Shown here: piece by piece, positions 17,729-27,131 of the stretch | Layout of the letters: each line of letters opens with the position of its first letter | Numbering within the stretch: the stretch's first letter is position 1 | The notes under the pieces: generated by a model | What the model saw: only the letters and a program-made list of their open reading frames with translations | The model's database searches: none | Told to the model about the DNA's origin: nothing | IMG/VR virus record: IMGVR_UViG_3300035698_013504 | Span: 32,001 to 96,000 of that record | From: a virus | Lineage: Duplodnaviria > Caudoviricetes | DNA: 64,000 nucleotides | Direction: 5' to 3' (one strand) | Made by a program: the position numbers and the translations under genes

Positions 17729-19936
17729 GTGAGAGCTATGCCTGGATCCCAACTCGAATCCGCGTTTGCTAACCTTGCGCACGCTCGTCTCAAAGACCGT
17801 GCTCCCGGGCTGTTGGACTTCCTCATTGGATTCCAGCTGCTCGATAAGAATGAGGAAGAGACTCGGGCTGTTGGCGTATTTGGATTCAAAATAAAAGCAG
17901 AATGGTATTACAACCCCGTCTTTTATCTGAACGGCCGCCTCAAAGGCGAGGAGCTCTTGTACATTAAGAGCCAGGATGCCTTTGTGCCGCTGCAGGAGAA
18001 CTGGGTCAACTACTTGACCAGTCGTAGGCCCCGAGTCCTCGGCGAGTTCGAGGAAAAGCCTACGAGTCAGCTTGGGTTCCTAGAGCCTGACCTGTCGATC
18101 TTCCGCAATGCCGACTTCCTGGGCAAGAACAGCTCGTTCCCCCTTGACCAGGATGGTCTGCGCTCTCTATACACTGCGAGCCCCTTCGCCGACAAGTTCG
18201 AGGGTCTTGCTGACAAGTTTCACCTGCCCACCTTCTTGAAGGAAGCAGGCCCCCGCGCTCTCGAGTGTCTTGTTCAGACCATGGTATCCCACGACAAGTT
18301 CGCGGAAGTGGTCTTGAACTTCTACGACTTCGCCGAACTGGCTGAAGCTCGCTTCAACGCGGTGATGGGCAAGCAGGCCGCAGCTAAGCCCGAGGCTGGC
18401 AAACTCGTCATCGTCTCTCGTCGTGACTGGGAAGACCTCCCCGACAACCTCTCGTGTGATGCGCGCGATAAGCTGAGGAATCAGCTCGTTAAGCGTACGA
18501 TCGCAATCGAGGACAACCGCGACGAAGAGGACACGACGGCCGTCTACAACACCGAGACTCTTGGTAAGAGCCTGATGAGCCCCGATGAGAGCGGCCTCTT
18601 TAGTATGCTCATGCGTAACGGGGACATGAAGGAAGTCATGATCTTCAAGTCGCCCTGTAGCCTAGGGTACGACGAAGGGGAAGACGGGTCTAACCGTGTT
18701 GTGGTTGTCGACAAAGCCGAGAAGAACTACGGCAATTGCTGGGCCGACGCGATCTTCGTCACCCCCTCAAAGCCTGACGCTGTTGATGGCTGGAAAGCCT
18801 TCTTTGATAAGTTGCCAGAAGCCACGACCATCGAGGTCGACGGGATCTATATCCTCGTCAACGAGAAGATGCAGTCTTCGACGCCGTTCCAGGTCGAGAA
18901 AACGATTACGAATCCGGACGGTAAAGTCACGGCCAAAATCCACACCCGTGACTACATGAGTTACCGCGACCGTTCAGACCGTCTCAACCCGCCCCCGCGT
19001 AGACGCCACGGTGGTTGTATGCCGTCTTGCGATAGTGGCTCTGCGGATGAAATCGTCCTTACAAAGAAACCAGGAGCTCGCATCACGCGGCTGAGTCGCG
19101 CAGCGTACGTTCCCCTTGGGTACAAGGTGATCAAGTTGTCCGACGAGTTCGGACCCAACAAGATCATTGATCCGGGCACCCTCTCGGATCTGGAACACCA
19201 GATCTTCAAGGTTGGCAGCCTCCGCCACCTTAAGGTCTACACCGCCGACGGTCATGAGTACTTCATCAACACTGACGACAAGGACTTTATGGAGCCTCTG
19301 TCGAAAGATGCCGCACTGCGTTCCCTCGTAGCGCAGCATGGCATTCAGGCTGATGTGGCTTATGACATGATCGGTAGGGCGAAGCGCGACAAGGCTGCGC
19401 GATACTTCGTTAAGTATGCGCGGGCCTATCCTACCTTCAGCTTCCCGGGCGATAACGTTCCTAGCGGGTTTGATGCGAAGAACGGTGTCAATGAGATTGA
19501 GCCTTGGGACAACGAGTACGATGTAGACATGCCGGGCGATGCCCCGCCGAACGAACCCGATATGCCGGATGACGTACGTCGGCTGGCCGAAGATGCCGGT
19601 AATACCGGTCAGAAGGAAGTATTGGACACCTCAGTGCTTGCAGGGCTCGTAAAGACCGTGAATTCTGATGATGTCACCGACAAATATCTAGGGGATATCC
19701 TCCTGGGCCTCGACCGAGTGGGCCGTATCCTCTTCATGTTCTACTGGCACAACGATAAGTTCAGGGAACGCTACGGTCAGCAGGACATGCCTGAGCTGGA
19801 AGACAGTCTACGTAACGTATTCCAGCAGATGGGTGACCTAGCACTCTTCCTCAAGCAGAAGACTGTGGAGCCGGAACCCGGCGATGAGGAAGCTGAACTT
19901 GACCTTGACAGTGTAGCCTCAGGAGGGATGCAGTAA
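17729..19936 (+). CDS. Large hypothetical protein, probably head-associated
   Basis: 735-aa ORF with GGAGG RBS (alternative ATG 17738); K-x-A/S motifs GKNSS, GKQAA, FKVGS, VKYAR between apparent domains. Confidence 0.8.
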   Translation: MRAMPGSQLESAFANLAHARLKDRAPGLLDFLIGFQLLDKNEEETRAVGVFGFKIKAEWYYNPVFYLNGRLKGEELLYIKSQDAFVPLQENWVNYLTSRRPRVLGEFEEKPTSQLGFLEPDLSIFRNADFLGKNSSFPLDQDGLRSLYTASPFADKFEGLADKFHLPTFLKEAGPRALECLVQTMVSHDKFAEVVLNFYDFAELAEARFNAVMGKQAAAKPEAGKLVIVSRRDWEDLPDNLSCDARDKLRNQLVKRTIAIEDNRDEEDTTAVYNTETLGKSLMSPDESGLFSMLMRNGDMKEVMIFKSPCSLGYDEGEDGSNRVVVVDKAEKNYGNCWADAIFVTPSKPDAVDGWKAFFDKLPEATTIEVDGIYILVNEKMQSSTPFQVEKTITNPDGKVTAKIHTRDYMSYRDRSDRLNPPPRRRHGGCMPSCDSGSADEIVLTKKPGARITRLSRAAYVPLGYKVIKLSDEFGPNKIIDPGTLSDLEHQIFKVGSLRHLKVYTADGHEYFINTDDKDFMEPLSKDAALRSLVAQHGIQADVAYDMIGRAKRDKAARYFVKYARAYPTFSFPGDNVPSGFDAKNGVNEIEPWDNEYDVDMPGDAPPNEPDMPDDVRRLAEDAGNTGQKEVLDTSVLAGLVKTVNSDDVTDKYLGDILLGLDRVGRILFMFYWHNDKFRERYGQQDMPELEDSLRNVFQQMGDLALFLKQKTVEPEPGDEEAELDLDSVASGGMQ

Positions 19937-20610
19937 TGTCTAACCCTTACGAATCAGCGAGTCTTGCCCAGACCGCCCAGAGAACCTTTGAGAACCAGCC
20001 TGAGCTACTCATGCGCTGGATGATGAAGAATGGCGGTGCTATGCCCCAGACTGACAAAGAGTGGGAATCCGCCTGGACCTCGTCCATGGCTCCCGCCCAG
20101 TACGGCGGTATGGGTAAGCAGGCGTCTGCGGCGGACTACACTGTTGTAGATCATATCTACGGATTGGTTCTTGCCGCCCGCGGGTTTACGAAGATCGCCA
20201 ACATGGAGAAACAGGCCGCGCCCCAGTCTCCGATGTCTATGTCTGTTGGTAACCCCATCAAGGGTTCGGGGGCCGCAGGGCCTGGTCGTGCCACGCCAGG
20301 TACAACGTCTCCGGCGCCTACTTCGCCAAACGCGCCGGTTAAGACACCGCCCCAGCCAGCTCAACCTGGGCAGCCGATGGGTTTGACGGGTGCGCTTCTG
20401 GGCGCCAACAACGCGCTCAGTACGCCGACACCTGACGCGCGGGCTAGGCTAAAAGCCCTTATCCAGCAGATGCAGGGACAGAACTCGTTGCCCGGTATCT
20501 TGGACAAGGCGCCCCCCCAAGCGCCCCAGCAGTACGTAAAGGGCGACATGATGCTGAACAGTATGAAGGACGCCGTAGGTAAGTCCCAGCTGTTTAGTGG
20601 CGCAAGATAA
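19936..20610 (+). CDS. Hypothetical Pro/Ala-rich protein
   Basis: TAATG overlap; GKQAS, TKIAN, EKQAA; shares the YTV..H..GLVLA.RGF.K module with the next gene. Confidence 0.7.
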   Translation: MSNPYESASLAQTAQRTFENQPELLMRWMMKNGGAMPQTDKEWESAWTSSMAPAQYGGMGKQASAADYTVVDHIYGLVLAARGFTKIANMEKQAAPQSPMSMSVGNPIKGSGAAGPGRATPGTTSPAPTSPNAPVKTPPQPAQPGQPMGLTGALLGANNALSTPTPDARARLKALIQQMQGQNSLPGILDKAPPQAPQQYVKGDMMLNSMKDAVGKSQLFSGAR

Positions 20611-20619
20611 GGGACGGTC

Positions 20620-21909
20620 ATGAAGAGCGAGTATACCGTTACAAATCATCTGCGTGGTTTGGTTCTCGCAACACGCGGGTTCGTCAAGGCCAGTATGTCT
20701 GATGACGTAGTTTCTCCCAATATGGTGATGAATGGACTACGCGCTGCCGTAAGCAACGCGCCGAGACCTAGACACCTGTCACAGATTATGATGAATCAAA
20801 CCATTGAAGATCCGATGGTTAGATCTAATGACGTCAAGAACAGCCTACGGGACGCTGCGGCGGAAATCGCTTCAGGCCCCGGCGGTTCTGATAGCTTCAA
20901 AAGTCTAATGCGGGATATCAGTCAGAAGCCGGTTAACCGCGCCAGCCTACTGCAGGGATTGTTGGACGCGGTAACACACGGCAAGGACTCTCGTCTTGCC
21001 CAGGCCCTAGTGGGCGCCCCCCTGCCGGAGCCAAACGTTCGTGGCAACGCGTTGATGAAGGCCATGCGCGCGTCGGCTACTAATGCAGGGTTACTTGAGT
21101 CCCCCGATGACGATATGGGCAAGCGGTCATCTGCCAGAACTCTAGGTATCGTAAACGGCGCTCTTGACGCTGCACGTAGGCTTAGTAAGACCACTGCGAT
21201 ACAGAAGCTGGCGGGTTTACCCTCGGGCGGCAACACAATGGCAATGCCAGGCGCCCAGCAACATCAGTCGCCGGTTAAACCGCCACAGCCCCTGTCTACG
21301 CGGCCCGCGTCACAGCCCTTGTCTGCGCAGCCCGCACCGTCGATTCAGACTGGTACGCCTAGCGCCCCCGCAGTTGGTGCGCGCACACCGGTACAGCCCG
21401 CGCCCGCACAACCCGCGCCGATTCAACCTGCTGCAACGAAAGCTCCGGCGGCTGCCCCCGGTCCTCAGCCGGAGACCTCACTTCAGAGGATGTCTCGGGT
21501 ATTATGGTTTGGTGGCGGACCGAGCGTACGCAAGAATGACATTCGTTCCAATATGCGTAAACATCTCAACACCTCCAGCGGAGGTTACCACCCGCTACTT
21601 AAGCACATGACACGCCAGAGCGCTGGCCTTTCTGGCCGCGGCGACCCGAACCACGGGCTTACCGAGCGCGGTATAAGGAATAGGGAAGCCTCTAAACAGA
21701 GGCAAGCTCAGATGCAGGCGGAAACTGAGCGGATAAAAGTCGAGATGCATGAAGAGAGAATGAAGGAACTCGAGCGGATGAAAGCTGGGCTGGGGATAGC
21801 AACGCCCAAGCCCGCTGCGGACACAGATGTCGATATTGAGGCAATTTTCAAGGGCAGGCCAGACCTCCTTAAATCATATTTGGAGCTCCGCGAGAAGCGC
21901 CCAGCCTAG
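20620..21909 (+). CDS. Hypothetical Pro/Ala-rich protein
   Basis: Long ORF; modules shared with the genes at 19936 and 21960. Confidence 0.7.
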   Translation: MKSEYTVTNHLRGLVLATRGFVKASMSDDVVSPNMVMNGLRAAVSNAPRPRHLSQIMMNQTIEDPMVRSNDVKNSLRDAAAEIASGPGGSDSFKSLMRDISQKPVNRASLLQGLLDAVTHGKDSRLAQALVGAPLPEPNVRGNALMKAMRASATNAGLLESPDDDMGKRSSARTLGIVNGALDAARRLSKTTAIQKLAGLPSGGNTMAMPGAQQHQSPVKPPQPLSTRPASQPLSAQPAPSIQTGTPSAPAVGARTPVQPAPAQPAPIQPAATKAPAAAPGPQPETSLQRMSRVLWFGGGPSVRKNDIRSNMRKHLNTSSGGYHPLLKHMTRQSAGLSGRGDPNHGLTERGIRNREASKQRQAQMQAETERIKVEMHEERMKELERMKAGLGIATPKPAADTDVDIEAIFKGRPDLLKSYLELREKRPA

Positions 21910-21959
21910 TTGGGCGGCTATCTAGAAGGCGCTATAACGTAAACGCATTAGAGAGTAAC

Positions 21960-22262
21960 ATGAGAAAAACTGCAGCTAAGACACTCGGAATAATCAACGG
22001 CACCATTGACGCTGCCGGTATCACCAAAGAAGCCCTTTTCGACTGGTTTCGTGGTAGCAAGAAGGCAACACCTAAGCCAAAGCAACCGGACGTGGTGGGC
22101 AAGGCGAAGACGCCGAAGGTACCGTCGCCCACGCCGCCCATGCAAGCCAAGAGGCCGACACCTAGAGTGCCGGTCAAGAAAAAGAAGTCCAGCTCGTATA
22201 TGGATTATCGTCGCCAGTTGACGTCAACTGGTAAGAAGTATGACGTATTTGGCAATAAGTAG
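21960..22262 (+). CDS. Small basic hypothetical protein
   Basis: N-terminal TLGIINGTIDAA matches TLGIVNGALDAA inside the gene at 20620. Confidence 0.6.
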   Translation: MRKTAAKTLGIINGTIDAAGITKEALFDWFRGSKKATPKPKQPDVVGKAKTPKVPSPTPPMQAKRPTPRVPVKKKKSSSYMDYRRQLTSTGKKYDVFGNK

Positions 22263-22287
22263 CATACACCCTTATGGAGACTGACTC

Positions 22288-22500
22288 ATGGCGACTGTAC
22301 AGACCACCATCACCAACGCATCTGGTGCAACTCGTAAGTTCACGTGGTTCCCGCCCCATGGTGTGGAGCTTGCTGCTGCTGGAACGAAGACGATCCTCGG
22401 CATCCTCGAGGACAAGCTTGCCCACGAACGCGATCGTGCGGCGTTCCTTGCTGATGTTGCGGCCGGTAACATTACCGTCGCTCACACAGGCTTGAGCTAA
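22288..22500 (+). CDS. Small hypothetical protein, paralog of 38615..38890
   Basis: ITNA..A...F.W.PP.G..LA and LADVAAGN.TV.H shared with the ORF at 38615; GGAG RBS. Confidence 0.7.
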   Translation: MATVQTTITNASGATRKFTWFPPHGVELAAAGTKTILGILEDKLAHERDRAAFLADVAAGNITVAHTGLS

Positions 22501-22504
22501 GCAC

Positions 22505-23326
22505 ATGATTGATCTGTCACGAGCACCCGACCATAGGTGGGCGCGTATCGACCAGCTGACTGAGGAAGGTAAAGAGCCCAGTCGCGTATTCGATAACAAG
22601 CACATCAGGCGGGGGAGAAACTTCCTCAGACGGTATAACAAGCATAACTCACAAGGTCATGCCCGTTTGGAAGCTGAATACCCCGACCTTTGGTCAGCCT
22701 TTAACCTTTGGACCGAGACGCTCGGCCCCAAGTGGTTGATTGAGGCTGCGATTCTCGCCGGTCGTTCATCCGAAGAGATTGCAAGCTACCTTTCGTGCTC
22801 TGAAGATCAGATTCGTACGTATGAACGGTACTTCTACGATGTACGTGGAGGTATTAAGTCGAAGGGATGGGTTGTGACGCGGATCTTGATGCCTGCGGTC
22901 GCTCGTAGGCTCGTTTCGCGTGATTACGACTTCCTATGGAAGGTCCTTGCCTACTTCGGCGGGTGGGACGTCCTTGACGCCTTCATTGAGTTCAAGAAGC
23001 TTCCGTCAGAGGTAGAGATCTACCTGGAAGAGGCAACTCGCTCCAAGTTGATCAAAGATGGGTTCGTCGCCGCACACGTACGCGAAGTAAACCAGTACAC
23101 GTCGACCGAGGTCATCGCACAGTGTATTGACCTGAAGCGGCTTGAACTGGAGCAAGGCCACGAGGGAGTTCAGAACAAACTCACGCAGGGTCTTGAGGCT
23201 GTATTTGGTACAATGATGACAGCAATGATACCAAGTAACGCGAAGCTTGACGCTAACGAGCCGCGAGCCATGGATCTGATCACGTCAACAACTGTGCCGG
23301 TCCCGATGCCCGCAGACAAGAAATAA
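22505..23326 (+). CDS. Hypothetical protein
   Basis: 273-aa globular-looking ORF, no family recognised. Confidence 0.75.
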   Translation: MIDLSRAPDHRWARIDQLTEEGKEPSRVFDNKHIRRGRNFLRRYNKHNSQGHARLEAEYPDLWSAFNLWTETLGPKWLIEAAILAGRSSEEIASYLSCSEDQIRTYERYFYDVRGGIKSKGWVVTRILMPAVARRLVSRDYDFLWKVLAYFGGWDVLDAFIEFKKLPSEVEIYLEEATRSKLIKDGFVAAHVREVNQYTSTEVIAQCIDLKRLELEQGHEGVQNKLTQGLEAVFGTMMTAMIPSNAKLDANEPRAMDLITSTTVPVPMPADKK

Positions 23327-23339
23327 AGAGGTGACGGAG

Positions 23340-24653
23340 ATGGAAAAGCTCGGAAAAGACAAAGAGCAGAAAGTCCTCGACGCACTCGAGTCGGCTATCA
23401 AGCTCGCCAATTCCGGTGATACCCCTTCTGACGCGATCTACAAGGTTGCGAGCCAGGAGAAGCTTGGGCAGGAGTTTGTACGCCGTATGGTTGAGGCGTT
23501 CAATGTGTCCAAGACTCTACACCATCTCCAGAACTCTGATGAGACGGAGAAGGGCGCCAGCTTCGAGTTGGCCGACGCCGAGGACGTCATTGGCCGTATG
23601 TGGCCCGACGAGGTAAAGGTAGAGGCCCCGATGAAGAAGGCCGCGTCTGATAACGGTTTGGGCGCCACATTCCTCGACGACGATCTCATGAAGCTCGGCA
23701 CGACCCGCGCAACTGCTGCGTTCGAGAAGATCGAGTTGAAGGAATACCCGCAGGACCCCGAGATCGTTTCCCGCAAGTGGTTTGATCGTCTTGGCCATTT
23801 TAAGAAGGCTGTGGCGATGGCCCACTCCGATTACGGTATCAGGTGTATCCGCTTCGTGGACGCTATCGGTAAGGTGGCCACCCACTTCCGTAACGTATCG
23901 CACGAGGACCCGCACGAGTTTGCCGAGAAGGTGTTGTGGCAGCACGGCGCCGTTGGTAAGAAGGTGCTTGACTTCGTGAAGAGTGCGAGTATGTTTCCGG
24001 ATATCGACGTTGAGATCCCGGACCGCCCGCGCGTCTGTCCGAACCGTGAACCCTACACTACCGTTGCCCACGCTATCGACGCTGTACACGCAATGACCAA
24101 GTACGCCGAAAAGCAGGTTCAGGCCGAGAACGACTTGGCGGAATGGGAATCCACCCGCCCTTTTGACGGTACGGCCGGTGATAAGGAGGCTGCGTTCTCC
24201 ATGCCGGAGGCTATTAGCCACCTCCACACGGCCACATCGTTGGCGCAAAGCGGCGGTGTTCTCCCCAATTCCGGTGCGGGCAAATCCAACTACGACGCAA
24301 ACCGGCAACAGATCCTGGACGAACTCTTTGACCCTAGTGATGCGCTGGAGCTCAGGAAGGCTCGCACACAGGTACTCATGAATGATATGCTTACGAATGA
24401 CCCTATCATTTCTGGGTATGACCAGGACAGAGTTGTTTCGGCATACAACCAGCTCGTGCAGCTTGCACCGCAGGCCGCGCAGCAGCCCATTATCTTGAGA
24501 AGCCTTCTACGGAAGCTGCTCACGACTGAGGGCGGGCTGGAAGACTTTGACATTAAGTCCATGACTGATGTGGAGAAAGATCTTCGATCAAGAGAGGTAC
24601 TTCCCACGTCATTAACATCAGTACCTCAAGCGGGAGACAAGTCTAATGGCTGA
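23340..24653 (+). CDS. Hypothetical helical protein with multiple K-x-A/S motifs
   Basis: GAGGTG RBS before ATG 23340 (track start GTG 23331); YKVAS, KKAAS, VKSAS, DKEAA. Confidence 0.75.
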   Translation: MEKLGKDKEQKVLDALESAIKLANSGDTPSDAIYKVASQEKLGQEFVRRMVEAFNVSKTLHHLQNSDETEKGASFELADAEDVIGRMWPDEVKVEAPMKKAASDNGLGATFLDDDLMKLGTTRATAAFEKIELKEYPQDPEIVSRKWFDRLGHFKKAVAMAHSDYGIRCIRFVDAIGKVATHFRNVSHEDPHEFAEKVLWQHGAVGKKVLDFVKSASMFPDIDVEIPDRPRVCPNREPYTTVAHAIDAVHAMTKYAEKQVQAENDLAEWESTRPFDGTAGDKEAAFSMPEAISHLHTATSLAQSGGVLPNSGAGKSNYDANRQQILDELFDPSDALELRKARTQVLMNDMLTNDPIISGYDQDRVVSAYNQLVQLAPQAAQQPIILRSLLRKLLTTEGGLEDFDIKSMTDVEKDLRSREVLPTSLTSVPQAGDKSNG

Positions 24654-25836
24654 CGCAACGTTTGAGAAGATTGCGCAGATACTGGCCGAGATTACCATCG
24701 AGAACAGACCTGCTGGGCTGGAGAAGGTTGCCGCCAAGCCGGTTGATGGCGCCGACAAGAAGCCGGTCAATCTTAAGTCCCTTATTAGGGCTTTGAAGGA
24801 ACGCAAGCGGCGTAAGGCACCAGCGGATACACCTGATGATGCGCAGACTGCTGTGCAAGCCGCGTTGGACAAGCTTAACGCCACCGTCAAGAAGCCCTCA
24901 AAGAGTATAGTCTCTCGCATTGCAGGCGGCGCTACCGATGTCGGCAAGTATATGCGCGACGATATACTCAACAATCCTAAGACGTACGGCACTATCGGAG
25001 GTGGTTTAGCCGTCGCTGATTGGATGACACCTAAAACCATAGCGAACGCCGGCGGGGTTATCTCCGCTAATGCCGGTGTACCCAAGGGTGCCCCTTTGAG
25101 CTCTATTCTCGGGGACCCCGACACTCTGAAAAGGGTTGGCGAGACACTTCCGAGATATAAGACTCGGCTGGATGCCGCCGCCAAGTCCGTCAGGGACGCT
25201 AAGAGATATCGTACACGTACGAGTCGGCCCCCAAGTCGAAGCGGCGGGGGCAAGTTCATGAACCTGACTGAGAAGGCCGTTAACTCAAGTCGACAGAACG
25301 CCCAGGCAGTGGAGGAAGTGCGGGATATCCTTAACACGGCCAACGCGACCATGGAGAAACCTAAGGGTTTGCTTGGTAAGGCGATTAACCCCGGGCATCA
25401 GGCCGTACCTATGAACAACCTTAGACGATCCGCCGATAACATTGTGCGGCCCAAGCCCTTTCGCAAGGCTTTGGAGTATGCAAAGCACAAGCTGAAGCTT
25501 ATGAACCCATTCTCACCAACACGTACGGCTGTTGCAGGTATAAACGATGCCAGTCAGTCTCTTGCCAGCGGCGCGTTCAAAAGTACCGCCGACGACGTCG
25601 GTAGGGGTGCGAGCAATGTATTTGGTAAGGGAGCACCGTGGCGTAAAGCGCTAAAGGGAGGTTTTGTAAGAAGGACCGTACAGGGCGGTATAAAAGCCGG
25701 GATAGGAGTTGGCGGTATAGCTCTAGGTCATTATGGTCTCGATAAGATGTTTGGCGACGGTAAGGTCAACTTCCCTAAACAGCCCGACCCGAGTACTATG
25801 GTTGAGCTCGGCAAGACCATTAACCCGAAGAAGTAG
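24646..25836 (+). CDS. Basic Gly/Ala-rich hypothetical protein, paralog A of a tandem pair
   Basis: Shares LNNPKTYG.IGGG.A.ADWMTPK and MFGDGK.N.PK...PSTM.ELGKTINPK with 25848..27119. Confidence 0.75.
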   Translation: MADATFEKIAQILAEITIENRPAGLEKVAAKPVDGADKKPVNLKSLIRALKERKRRKAPADTPDDAQTAVQAALDKLNATVKKPSKSIVSRIAGGATDVGKYMRDDILNNPKTYGTIGGGLAVADWMTPKTIANAGGVISANAGVPKGAPLSSILGDPDTLKRVGETLPRYKTRLDAAAKSVRDAKRYRTRTSRPPSRSGGGKFMNLTEKAVNSSRQNAQAVEEVRDILNTANATMEKPKGLLGKAINPGHQAVPMNNLRRSADNIVRPKPFRKALEYAKHKLKLMNPFSPTRTAVAGINDASQSLASGAFKSTADDVGRGASNVFGKGAPWRKALKGGFVRRTVQGGIKAGIGVGGIALGHYGLDKMFGDGKVNFPKQPDPSTMVELGKTINPKK

Positions 25837-25847
25837 GTATCACGGCT

Positions 25848-27119
25848 ATGCAAAAAACGGCACACGCAATTAGCCAGGGCGCCCTAGAGAAGGTCGCGGG
25901 CCGACTTGAGGCCCTTAAAGCCTCGGTGCTTGCTCGTAACCAGCGTAAGGCGCCAGCGGTGTCCCCTAAGGTGGAAGCCGCGATGGCTAAGGTTGATGCG
26001 GCCACTAATAAGAAACAGGGTATTGTTGGTGAAGCCGCGACGTTTATGGGTAACGAGCTTCTTAACAATCCTAAGACGTACGGCGCTATAGGTGGCGGTA
26101 TCGCTGCCGCTGATTGGATGACACCTAAGCTCAAGGCTGGAGCTGGTGCGCGCAGGGCTGTTATTGCAGGTATGCCAACCAGGTCATCTTTACGCGACAT
26201 GCTGAACCCTAAGAACATGGAGCGGATCATAAAAGCGTTCCCGCAGTACGGGCCACGGTTAAGGCACACCGCCTCTAAACTCAACAAGGCCATTACGGCC
26301 GGTGGGGTTCCTAGACAGAGTAACGGCGCCATAAAAAGCTTCATCGACATTTCAGCAGACGATCTCGATAGAGTGATTAATCTGATGCCGGACAATACCC
26401 ATAAAGCAGTGCTTGAAGCTTACGCCAACGGGACGCTAAATAGGGCAAATATGCCGAGTAACCTTCGCGCAACGCTTAGACAGGCCCAGCAGAACGCCAC
26501 AAAAATAGCGATTAGCCAACAGTTCACGCCGACTCATGGCATAGCCTCTACGATGGATCACCTGTCGGACGTGCAGCTTAAGCGCATGGTCAATAATACG
26601 GGCACGGGTAGTCTAGCGTTTACGGATGAAGTTGCAGACGCACTCAACGTGTCCTCCAAAGCCCTTGAGAAGCCGCAGGGTGCACTCAGTAAGATGTTCA
26701 ACCCGGGCCGCAGGCCCATACCTGGCAATAGCCTCGGCCAAGTTGCAGATGATGTAAAACCCAAGAAGCTCCTCAATCGGCCTTTGGCATACCTCAAGGA
26801 CAAATTTAATGTCTTCCGTAAAGGACGCCCGGCCGCCGGAGCTATAAACTTTGCGGATGATTTTGCCAGCGGCGCATTTCGTGGTGCTGGAGATGATGTG
26901 ACCAAAGCTTTCAAGAAGGTACCGTGGAAGCGCGCGCTTAGCAGCACCGGTTGGAGAGCCGCAGGCACAGGCTTGAAAGCTGTTGCTGGTACAGGCGCTC
27001 TACTCGCCGGTCAGTATGGCGTTGACAGGATGTTTGGCGACGGTAAGGCCAACGTTCCTAAACCGGCCGCCCCAAGTACTATGGCGGAGCTCGGCAAAAC
27101 CATTAATCCTAAAAGGTAG
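25848..27119 (+). CDS. Basic Gly/Ala-rich hypothetical protein, paralog B of a tandem pair
   Basis: Same shared blocks as 24646..25836 with a different central region. Confidence 0.75.
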   Translation: MQKTAHAISQGALEKVAGRLEALKASVLARNQRKAPAVSPKVEAAMAKVDAATNKKQGIVGEAATFMGNELLNNPKTYGAIGGGIAAADWMTPKLKAGAGARRAVIAGMPTRSSLRDMLNPKNMERIIKAFPQYGPRLRHTASKLNKAITAGGVPRQSNGAIKSFIDISADDLDRVINLMPDNTHKAVLEAYANGTLNRANMPSNLRATLRQAQQNATKIAISQQFTPTHGIASTMDHLSDVQLKRMVNNTGTGSLAFTDEVADALNVSSKALEKPQGALSKMFNPGRRPIPGNSLGQVADDVKPKKLLNRPLAYLKDKFNVFRKGRPAAGAINFADDFASGAFRGAGDDVTKAFKKVPWKRALSSTGWRAAGTGLKAVAGTGALLAGQYGVDRMFGDGKANVPKPAAPSTMAELGKTINPKR

Positions 27120-27131
27120 GCGTCTACAGCC

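Noticed and set aside
17729-19936. Possible portal protein
   Set aside because: Size is compatible but no portal-like motifs were recognised, so it is left hypothetical
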